Positions 49,781 through 60,446 of a stretch of 64,000 bases of DNA are shown here, piece after piece. The notes below the pieces were generated by a model. It was not told the origin of the DNA and ran no database searches. It saw only the letters and a program-made list of their open reading frames with translations. The stretch comes from Anthoceros angustus (taxonomy: Eukaryota > Plantae > Anthocerotophyta). Numbering within the stretch: position 1 is the first letter of the stretch; each line of letters begins with the position of its first letter. Both the position numbers and the translations under genes were made by a program. The DNA is taken from assembly GCA_010909165.1 (NCBI GenBank), contig MU008180.1:247884-311883 (forward strand), given 5' to 3'.

Positions 49781-49940
49781 ATGAGGATGAGAGTGGAGAA
49801 GAGTCCAAATGAGGATGAGAGTGGAGGAGAGTCCGCATGAGGATGAGAGTGGAGAAGACTCCGAATGAGGATGAGAATGGATAAGCAGCTTATATTCGGA
49901 GTGTGCACTGGCTGGGTCAAGAATGAGGATGAGAATGGGT
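49781..49940. repeat. 28-bp tandem repeat (ATGAGGATGAGAGTGGAGAAGAGTCC..), about 3.7 copies plus one detached partial copy
   Basis: Unit starts at 49781, 49809, 49837, 49865; partial copy at 49923. Confidence 0.9.
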
Positions 49941-50133
49941 GATAGATGTCGTCTTTGCATGACTTCGTCACCTCCGAGGATTTCTTCAATCTGTAAAAAT
50001 GAGTAGAAAAAAGTCGCGGCGCATAGGTGTAAGTCTGTCGCCATGTAGGCTCTCCCCATCATTTTCTCCCCTTCAATAAAGAATTATTCTTTGGTGTAGA
50101 CATCATTGTTTCATTTCACAGTGCTCAGCATGA

Positions 50134-50526
50134 CAGTTTGCCTGGTGTGGCTCCTACCCTGTTGCATGCAGGCATCCGAATCCTGCCAACAAATTCCTTG
50201 ATCTTAATTCTTCGTGCTCCACTATGGGAGAGGAGCTTGCAGCCTTGCAAGTTGCCACCAAAATGGCCTACTCCCGATGCACTGTCGCTCAGTCTAGCCA
50301 TACGAATGCTTCCAGGCTTCCAGCAACTGCAAGCTAAGATCCCGCACGCAAGGGAACGTGCTACAATGGGAGACACAAGATCACCTTCACCGAGTACGAC
50401 ATCCACCACGAACGCAATGCAGGGGCACTCAGAAAGCACTACACCCTCGACAACGATGGGAACGTGCATCACCTAATGCAGTTCAGGCGGTGCTATGGAT
50501 TCAAGTGCTCGCTGGATGTGTTGTAA
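50134..50526 (+). pseudogene. Cys/His-containing reading frame with one internal stop
   Basis: One frame reads QFAWCGSYPVACRHPNP...ATAS*(TAA 50335)DPARKGTCYNGRHKITFTEYDIHHERNAGALRKHYTLDNDGNVHHLMQFRRCYGFKCSLDVL*. The second half has coding-like C-ending codons. Confidence 0.3.
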
Positions 50527-50562
50527 TACACAACATTGTTTAAGACAGAAGATCATATGGGG

Positions 50563-52337
50563 TCACCACCAATGACGGGGGAAGTGGTCAAGGAGCAACA
50601 TCGTGTTGTATAAGAGCTTTGCGAACACGTCTAGAGGCCCCGGCAGACAGTAATGCAAACAGTCCGTAGCTCGATAGTGACCCTCGGGCCTTAAAGCCAA
50701 GAGGGCATCGAGGTCCATGTAGATAAACCCAAATCTCTCCGTAATCTCCTTGGCGATCTCATTCTGCTGTGCAAATTCCGCCCAGTGGTGTCCCCTAGCG
50801 TACTTATTCAGTCTCTCGTAGCTCTCTCGTTCCCTCAAGGGCTCGTGGTGGTTGGTGCAATTGATGTGGCCTGCAGGCAAAACCCATGGATCGAACTTGA
50901 AAGAGTAGTCATAGAGATCATGACAGCAGGAGGATCACGGAAACAGCGCGCAGATATGCGCAACCTCTGCTTACAAAGATCCTGGGCCCACCTCCAGCAA
51001 GATTGAAATTGCAAGTTTAGTTGTACGTGGTGCCTACCAGGAGGTGTGTTGCGGAAAAACACCAGGGCCCGTGGCCACCGCATCTTGATGACCGAGAAGG
51101 TGTTGGTGAGGGATTCGGTGAAGTTGGCATCACTCTCAAAGTGCGCTCCTCTGTTGAGCACAAAGACGGAGATGTTCCAGGGCTCCACAAAGTTGATCCA
51201 TGGATACTCGTAGAAATTGCTTCTCCTGTCCTCGTTTATCCGCTGGATGAGCGACAGTCTGTCGTTTCTAACATACCCCACGCGGAATCCTTGTCCCCCA
51301 AGCACGTCTTGGCAGAGCTCATGGTCTCCCTGCGTGTGCCTCACTCCCGAGCTCAAGACCGGTCTCCACGCTGTCTTGTTTCCCACAAGGTGATTCATCA
51401 AAATCACGAAGATCTCCTGGTTGATGGAGTCCCCGACCACCAGCATGTTGCCCCTCTTCCCCATCTTCCTACACATGCAAGACCCAACGAATGGAGAAAG
51501 ATTGGAACCCTAGCCTGCATTGTCTTCAATTAGTTCCGCAACTTTTTGCGTGCAAGCTCAACGACTACTGTACAGGCCAAGGTCTCGAATTTATGCCACG
51601 AAACCTGCAGAAGTCATCTCGATTGAAATCCGACAAAGGGCAGGCTTCATCATCTGCTTTCCACTCCCATTTCAGCTCCTCCCTCACCTGCACAGTCCTC
51701 ATGAACGCATTCGGAACAAGTCACAAGTCGATCCGAGATCCAAAACTACATCAACAAAATCAAAACGCAATGAATTTGAAATGACGTAGCGCTAGCCGAA
51801 GGGAAGCTTACAATCCAGTCCGGGGTATTGCCGAATGCAGCCACCTGGTTTGCCGTCTCCCCAAACACGGCTCCAGGGGTGTCGTTCCGGAACCGCGCGT
51901 CACACTGGCCGAGCGCCCCGGGGCCAAACGAATTGGGCACAATGTGCTTGGGCTTTGCGTCGTACACCCACTTCCCCGAGCTGCTACAAGCCCCCCCGCT
52001 CAAAAATTTCAGCGTCTCTCCACAGCAATTGTCAGCATACAGCCTGAGCCTTCCAACAAGTCCAACAAGCCCTGAAGCGCAGTGCGCACCTGAAGCATCG
52101 CAGGTGCTGCCGGAATGCGGTCGCTGCTGGGCCGTGCAGGTCGGTGCCAGAAATGTGCAGCACGGACTTGCTGGCGCCCGAGCTCAAGGACCGCAGGCTG
52201 TCCATGATGAGAGTCCTGTGACGTCCTGCATCCCCCGAGCTCCACAGAGCCAGCGTCAGCGCTGCAACGGAGAAAACGCATGCCGCGTAGCAAAGACACG
52301 CACGACTCGAAGACAAGTTCGCCCGGTGCTTCATCAT
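50563..52337 (-). CDS. Trichome birefringence-like (TBL/PC-esterase) O-acetyltransferase
   Basis: N-terminal TM segment, C...GKWV, LVVGDSINQ (GDS motif), VLNRGAHF, VFFRNTPPG, DCLHYCLPGP (DxxH motif). Confidence 0.9.
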
Positions 52338-52554
52338 CGCTTCTCCATCAGCGTCCAGCTGCCGATTTGGGTTTGGATTTGGATTTCGAATGCGCCTGGG
52401 CCTGGGCCCGGGCCCGGTCTCCCTCATTCCGACTCCTCCTCCCTTGCCCCCGGTCCTGGGGACAGGAAAAAATCCTTCTCCCAGAGTCCCAGTCTCTACT
52501 ATTGGCTGACGCCGATGACAAGCATGTCATCGGGGTCATTGGTCATTTGAAAGG

Positions 52555-52880
52555 CCGCGCATGCCATATGCAATAACTGCGATATTGTATCTTTGTCAGG
52601 TAAGGACCGATATGCCGGGCCGCCATATGCATGCCAGGGCCATGGCATGCATGGCACTCTGTCTTACCACAAACTGGGTTCGGATGGCTTTTTCTTTTCT
52701 GGCATGGGCCCGTCTCGTTTCCCGCCGAAAACCAACAACCTTCCTTTTCCGCCGACATGGCTCCCATGCCATGCATGCCCCGTAGCATAACATGGCATTC
52801 GATGGCATGGCATGGCATGGCATTGCATCTCGGTTTGTCGGACCGTCAGACCGTACCTGACGATGCCAGATATGTATGTG
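52555..52880. repeat. CATG/GCATGC-rich cluster with an inverted pair, upstream of the TBL gene
   Basis: About 15 CATG tetramers, including four GCATGC; ggcatgcatggca (about 52643) is the reverse complement of tgccatgcatgcc (about 52766); (ggcat)n run near 52805. Confidence 0.7.
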
Positions 52881-53139
52881 CATAGTCATAATAATAAAAG
52901 TGTAGCGGACTTGGTATGGCGGATTTTGAGGCCGTACCTCACGAACCCAGACACATACTGTATATAGAAATAGCCCGCATCCACACCCAAGCTATAACTT
53001 CAGACTCCCACGGTGCCACATTTTTCCCAGGCTCCAGTTCCAATTTAGACGGAGGCAGTGTCATCGAGCATCAACTACTGTAGATTCATCAAGCAGCACT
53101 ACTCCAGGTACCTTTGTGAGTTTTTCTTTTTACTATTTT

Positions 53140-53719
53140 ATTTTTATTTTACTTATGTTTAAAAGGTCATCTAAGGTGAGCGACGAGCTTGACGAATTTG
53201 GTGTTCCTTGGTGCCGAAGAGGACGCGAAGCATGAAAAGTGACTATTGCCGGGCTTCAATGTGGACGGAAAACCAGTTATGAATTTGAGCGCACCATGTC
53301 TTGAGCTGACAGGCAAAAGAGTAAAAATAGATGAACGATTGATTCTAAAGTAGAGAGAAACTTGGGACAAAGCGGACCAAACTTGGCAACCATTGGGACA
53401 GAGCGAAGAGATTTTTTTTTTTAATTTGGTATTTTGAGAATAAATCAAAACAACCCCGGGGGAGAAATCTTCAGCAAGGGCTCTGATTCCCCTATGTTAC
53501 ACATCGTATCATCCCAACAGGAAGAGACTTTACTCTTCCCGAGGTCATCTGAGTACATGCCTAGATACCATCGCAGGTTATGTGGGAGTTGGGAAGAACT
53601 CCCTCACCCACTAACACTCCACACCTTTACCTTTGCCCGAGAATAAGGGCTGCCATACATTGCTGCGTCGGCTCCAAGAGCGAAGAGATGACCAAACTTG
53701 GCGAGCCTAAGCTTGGTAA

Positions 53720-53752
<33 letters not shown>

Positions 53753-54547
53753 CTATTACCGCTTTCAAACTTAATCGCCTTTTGGTCTTCTACCATCTAG
53801 TTGCCGATGGAGACAAACTTTCAAACTCTTTGTTATAATTTGTAATCTTGTGAGTTTTACGTGTAAGACTTCTTGTGAGTTTTATAGTGAAGACATCCTT
53901 GAGTGTAGTAAGCTTATTATAACATTAAATAAAATATTATTTTAATTTTATATTTTATCATAATAAGATAATTAATATTTACTAAGCTATTTATTTTATT
54001 TTACTTATGTTTAAAAGGTCATCTAAGGTGAGCGACGAGCTTGACGAATTTGGTGTTCCTTGGTGTCAAGAGGACGCCAAGCATGAAAAGTGACTATTGC
54101 CGGCTTCAATGTGGACGGAAAACCGCTTATGAATTTGAGCGCACCATGTCTTGAGTCGACAAAAGAGTAAAAATAGATGAACGATTGATTCTAAAGTAGA
54201 GAGAAACTTGGGACAAAGCGGACCAAACTTGGCAACCATTGGGACAGAGCGAAGAGATTTTTTTAATTTGGTATTTTGAGAATAAATCAAAACAACCCGG
54301 GAGAAATCTTCAGAAGGGCTCGATTCCCCTATGTTACACATCGTATCATCCCAACAGAAGAGACTTTACTCTTCCCGAGGTCATCCGAGTACATGCCTAG
54401 ATACCATCGCAGTTATGTGGGAGTTGGGAAGAACTCCTCACCCACTAACACTCCACACCTTTACCTTTGCCCGAGAATAAGGGCTGCCATACATTGTCGG
54501 CTCCAAGAGCGAAGAGATGACCAAACTTGGCAGCCTAAGCTTGGTAA

Positions 54548-54580
<33 letters not shown>

Positions 54581-54830
54581 CTATTACCGCTTTCAAACTT
54601 AATCGCCTTTTGGTCTTCTACCATCTAGTTGCCGATGGAGACAAACTTTCAAACTCTTTGTTATAATTTGTAATCTTGTGAGTTTTACGTGTAAGACTTC
54701 TTGTGAGTTTTATAGTGAAGACATCCTTGAGTGTAGTAAGCTTATTATAACATTAAATAAAATATTATTTTAATTTTATATTTTATCATAATAAGATAAT
54801 TAATATTTACTAAGCTATTTATTTTATTGT
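53140..54830. repeat. Tandem direct duplication of about 830-850 bp, each copy with a (TA)13 microsatellite
   Basis: acttatgtttaaaaggtcatctaaggtgagcg at 53151 and 54003; ends taagctatttattttatt at 53983 and 54811. Copies differ mainly by short indels. Confidence 0.95.
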
Positions 54831-57800
54831 ATGTAATTTATTGTTGTAAATATGTAATCTGGTATAATTGAGTGTAATTAAAAAAATCTTACAACTATTT
54901 TACACCAGTTATTTTAAAATGAATTCTAATGTAATTATGTAATTATATAATATAAAATATATACATATAAGACCCATAAACTACGTGACCGTGACGTCCT
55001 CAGCAGCCACGACCTCCTCAGGGTCAGAAGGTGTGGAAAAGCGCCGAATCTTTGAGGGGAAGGACATGTGTGCTAATAAGGAATCCGTCGAGGCTCTGCA
55101 ACGGCTTGAGGCAAGGGTGTCCGATTAGCCAGAGTGGGGATTGAGCTCACATGATCAGCATCAAACGGCACTTTGGGCACATTCTTCACGTGCTGGACAA
55201 ATGTAGTCCACATAGATGTGCGCTTCTGGCTATCAGGCACACTTGTGAACTCATCAAGCTGCATCCCCTTATCGTTAGAACAGTGCACTGTAGCCGCCTG
55301 ATCTTCCCCTTCCACCGCCAGAGCATCATGGTTAGCTGCCAAAGTCACCTCGTCATATCCCGACAGTTCTGTAGCATTTGTTGCATACAGTCCATGTGAA
55401 ACCTTGTTGCTCACATCCCCCGCGCAAAACCCTAGGCTAGGATCAGTGACACATCGTCGATAGCGACCGATGTTTTGGGCCATGGCGTTGACCTTAACCT
55501 TTACACGCCGACCCCTTCCTTGTCAATTTCGCTATCGGAGGACACCGGCCGACCATGTTGGGGAGAAGCAATAAACATGCTAATATTTGAAGGGGCTGAA
55601 TATACGAAGCCGCTTCCAGAAACCTCGGACCAATTTTCTATGTGCTCCACGGTCACAAAAGCGGCTTTTTCATTCCTCGGGTTTTTGGCGCAGTTGGTCA
55701 ATGGCATACAATATGGTTTTGTCCGATTTCATCGTATATGATATGCGGATACGGTCTTCGTGGAGATCACACGATGCAAAGAATGTATGCAAACTATGAA
55801 CAGAGCAATGGCACAGAACATATGCACAAAAGGATTCAAATCCCAAACACGTAATATGTATAAAGTCAAACAAGACTGCATGCGGCGCTTTTGCACTATA
55901 TCGATGGCACGAAATCCATGGACACGCCACAACTTTGACCTAATCGCCCAATTAATCCGCAGGTTGGGACTCGTGGCACCGCCGCATATCAAAGACGACT
56001 TCCGTACTCTTGACCTTGCCTCCTCGCATCTTGAAATTGTCATTCTCCCTCATGGCATTCTCTGCATCCAAAAGGCCACCATCATTTCCTTTCCGTTGTT
56101 CTCGCCGCCATAAGGTGGGCAAGGTTTGTTGGCCATCGCCCGAATATCTCCGTGATCTCCTTCATCCTATTCAACCCCAAAGGAACCACGAGCACAGGAG
56201 ACATCCTTCTCGAAAGACTCAATTCCTTAGCCTGAATTGGGAGGGTCCCCGACAGTGCGGCTCATGAGTCAATTCCTCCTCGGCATCTGGCAGCACTTCA
56301 TATCCATGGATCCTCTGTGGAATAAACTCCGCACACCGCTTATCAATATCGACAGCAATACAATTGCGTCCACATAGCAGCGCTGCCAATGTCGAAGTAC
56401 CACTCCCAGCACATACATCCAGAACCCAGTCTCCCTCTTTCGAAAAGTTCTTGATGAGCTTCATCATCAGGCCTAGAGGCCTCTGGTATGCACATACCAC
56501 CAGCTTGTCAAATGACATATACAACAGCTTCTTCACAACAGTGTCGTGCGCAAGGACTGCACGCCCATTGTTGAAAGAGCCCTGCAAGTTATTCGGGAGC
56601 ATAGACATCTTCCCGATCGTACTGCTGGAGGTGAAACCCCAGCCCACCGTGATGTACTCCACTGTGTCATAGCCTCCTTGGTCGTTGTGCATATTCGTTT
56701 TATCCCAAACGAAGGAGACCATCCCTCCACCTGCACCACTTCCGCATTGCCTCTCTCACCATGTGCAGCTCTTCTACTCCATGCATGACTATCAATCTAA
56801 TCTCCGAGCAACTTGTCATGTCATGGAAAGAATGGAAAATGGTGTTCACATGCGATCCATCTTCACATCATGTTGTCCCTTATTGAATCGGCACATCCAT
56901 CAACAATAGTGTGTACCTTGAACCGTAGAAACCCCGCATGTCCAAGGCATCTCTTGATACCACACAGTAGTTCACAATATTCTCCGTTTTTGGCACCGTG
57001 AAAGATTGGAGCCCTTCCTCCATGTCCATGTCTGCAAGTGCCCTTTGCTCGTCCTCCAAGCCTTTCCATGTGTGCACCTCTCGTATGAAAGCTTGAAAAT
57101 CCTCGGGCAATTTCTTCAGGTCTTCAACATCTTTTACTTGCTGCACGAAGACAACAGCCGCTAAAGCTTCACAATCACACGCCGGAGAGAGAGGCGGGCG
57201 CGCATGCCGCCCGCCTCTCTTCCTTCCCGATTGAAAAACAGAAAAACGACAGGTGAGGCAAGCCGGCGCCTTCAACCAATCTAACTGTACAGGGAACATA
57301 GAAGGACATACCTTTCCCTCAAAAGCGGTTTGGAACCTCGCGACATCGCATCCGATGAGTGTAGTGGGTATTCTCTCACCATGTCGAATGAACTACACCC
57401 GGATGCTTTGCCATAGCCACTTGTATGACATGAAATTTCTTCCAGTGTCACCTCCTTGGACATTCCATTCAGTCTAGAAGACTCAACACCTTCTCACACT
57501 AATTAGCATCTTCCGCCTCCCGGAGGAATACCTTGGAAGCTGCGCCATGGCTTGCCTGCATTTCTTTCGGCTTGAAATACACCTTCAATGACTTTGTTTC
57601 ATCACCAACTTTATGCTTTCCTTTGCCCTTCTTGCTGGTCCCGCTGCCACATGCTTTGCTCGGTAGCTCCATGGCCTCCCACTTTGTGAAAATACTATCA
57701 ACATTCTCCTAAACCATTCCCTCCAATTTCGCAATGCATAGAATATGTGTCCTGTTGTCCACCTTGTTCGCTTTTATATTGCTCATCCTCGCGACCTTCA

Positions 57801-58499
57801 TCGTCCTCTATTAGCCCAAGCACCTTATAAAGGTTAAACTTCAGTTCATGCTCATGGTCACACCATCTCGCTTTGCAATTTGGAGCTCATCTCGCAGTAC
57901 CTAACTTGTTCGATGAAATTCATCTTTTCCTCTTGTCGACATCGTGTTGTGGTCATTGCCAATATCCTCATCTCTATAGTAAGCCCACAATAAACATGGG
58001 CCTCCATCCATTGGAACCTTGCCTTCCTGGCGATATGTCGAAGGTGCTTCATGGCGGCATATGTATGATTGCCACCTAAGACTCCCATCACGTACTTCTT
58101 AGCCCGAAACTTGATCCGATCCGCTTTGGATATCCCGCATTCGATGGGTCAATCATACAGGCGAGGAGGACTCCTTCCTCTATACGTCCTTTTTGCTATC
58201 ACACGTGCCAAATAGTTAGCCAGCCTCATCCACATTCCGGATCTGCATCGGAGTCGAAATGATGCAGCCTCAAGTTCTCGAGCTTCACAAGAACAGCTGA
58301 ACCACCTTTTTGCATACGCCGATTCTCGCAGTTTGCTCAAATAATCTTCATCCAACATAGATGCTGCGCTCCCCATCCGTGGCCACATGTACGTTGGAAT
58401 GTCATTGCTATCGGAAGGCGACGCGTTTTCCTTTCTTCCGCCTCAGACCGCGGCATCCACACGTGAGTCCGACTGCCTCTGTGTGGGTCGATGAGGAAG

Positions 58500-59040
58500 T
58501 CTTCCTCTTCCCCAGCCGGGTTCTCCATCTCTGCTCGGCTCACGGTGGGCGCCGGCGCCCGCATCCCCACCTTCCACGAAGGCGCGGCATGCCGCGCCCG
58601 CATCCCACCTTCCGCCGAAGGGGCCGGCATGCGGCGCCCCCTCTTCACCATCGGAGGCTACTGGGCGGCATGCGGCGCCCACATCCATATCGGAGGAGAG
58701 GGGCGGCATGCGGCCCCACATCCATATCGAGGAGAGGGGCGCCGCATGCCGGCGCCCGCCTCCCTTCCACCGCCTCGAGACATGGGGCGCCGGCATGCGG
58801 CGCCCGCACCCATATCATCGGAGGAAGGAGGCGCCGCATGCCGCGCCCCTCCTCCGACGCCTCCACCTGTGCATAGAGAGCTCCATGGCTCCGATGTCTT
58901 TTCTTAGCCCTCGGTGGCGGGCTCCCCACTACCACTAGCGGCCGGTGGTGCCTCCGATTGCACACCACCTAACGTGCTAGGGTGCCTTCTCGCTTGGGAA
59001 GGCACCCAGGCCGCATGCCGGCGCCTCCTCCCGCCTCGCA
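58500..59040. repeat. GC-rich array of degenerate repeats centred on GCATGC palindromes, in both orientations
   Basis: Eight GCATGC within (g/c)cggcatgcggcgccc / gccgcatgccggcgcc units, including the near-tandem ggcggcatgcggc(g)cccacatccatatcg(g)aggagagggg. Confidence 0.85.
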
Positions 59041-59986
59041 TCAAAGCCCGATACAAACCTATTTATTTGCGGGCTTCCCAATTCTGGTTGTCGCGAAGAG
59101 GAGGGTTCCTCCTGCTCCCATCTTCATCGAACGTATGCTAACTTTGGCACAAGCAAAGAAGCCCTTGTCCCTTTCCTCCTCATGGTCTTGAGGCTTCCTC
59201 ATCCATTGTCCTAGCTGCAATGGGACCATCCTCCTCATCCGAGGGTCCAAACTCGCTTCCTCTTCTTCTCGCATTAGTAAAGGCAAAGCGTGGAAGGGCT
59301 GCCTTGTCCTCCATAAAGACATCTCAGGTGCATTTTCATGGAGTCTGTAATCACGACAAAGAAACCTATAAAATGATCTTCCACCGCACATGGTTTTAAC
59401 ACAAGACATGTGTTACTTTTATCGACCTCTCAAATACACACCGATCATGTTAGAGAGAGTTGAGGAAACATTTGCACTTACATTTTCAATTCGCCAGCAT
59501 CCAAGAACTTCCTTGACAGGATATACGGTTCACACTTCCGCCGTGAAAGTTTGCCGCCTTAGCACATACACATTGTAGTCATCGGTGTCGGTGGCAACCC
59601 TTCCACTGTAAGGCTTGGATGTGCACAAAACTGAACTCCGGTTCACCATCCACCACATCCATTGTAGCCCAGAACCCATCCCGCCTAGCCTCCGATTGTG
59701 CAAAGCACCATTGAACCCAAAATCCACAGCTTTAACAAGGAGTCCACACCATTGTGTCCTCTTGAGTTCCTCCGATTGCGTGAACAACCGTCTTTCTCCA
59801 ACAAAACAACTTCATCAACTGGCTTGTGTGCTGCGTGCACCGCCTCCTCATACGATAAGGAGATGGGATGGGATCCGGGAGGAGCCTCGAGACTTGGGAA
59901 GGCCAACCTTTTCCTGTGCCCTTGCGCTCCCTTTGCGAGCTTGGTTTCTCGAAACGTGGGAACCAGACTGACCCTTTGCCCCTCCA

Positions 59987-60446
59987 CCGCTATGCTCACG
60001 GCGTGCCCTGTCTCCTCTTCCTTCTTCGAGTGTCGCTTATGCCGCTTTGGCTTGTCCACAAGCTCTGAGGATCTGGCGGCGCCGGCATGCCGCCTCCTTC
60101 CGGCCGCCTTCCACTTGCCATATCTCGCTCTCACGAAATCACACAAGACGGGTCAAGGGCGTAATTGCCCATCCAAAACAATGGTTGTGTGGGTTGAAGC
60201 GAAATACCAACCCTCCGCTATGCTCACGGGCGGTCTGCTGCCTGTCTCCTCTTCCTTCTTGAGTGTCGTTTCTTATGCCGCTTTGGCTTGTCCACAAGCT
60301 CTGAGGATCTGGCGGCGCCCGGCTCCTTCCGGCCGCCTTCCACTTGCCATATCTGCTCTCACGAAATCACACAAGACGGGTCAAGGGCAGAATTGCCCAT
60401 CCAAAACAATGGTTGTGTGGGTTGAAGCCAGAAATACCAACCCTCC
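59987..60446. repeat. Tandem duplication of about 230 bp
   Basis: ccgctatgctcacgg...ttgtccacaagctctgaggatctggcggcgcc...aaataccaaccctcc at 59987 and 60215; copies differ by short indels. Confidence 0.9.

Noticed and set aside
49781-49940. 28-bp repeats as a CRISPR array
   Set aside because: Head-to-tail units without spacers, no cas genes, eukaryotic context.
53097-53102. CACTAC as the left terminus of a CACTA element (also CACTAC at about 58927 and GTAGTG at about 61218)
   Set aside because: No matching extended inverted terminus, subterminal repeats or 3-bp TSD could be shown; such 6-mers occur by chance.
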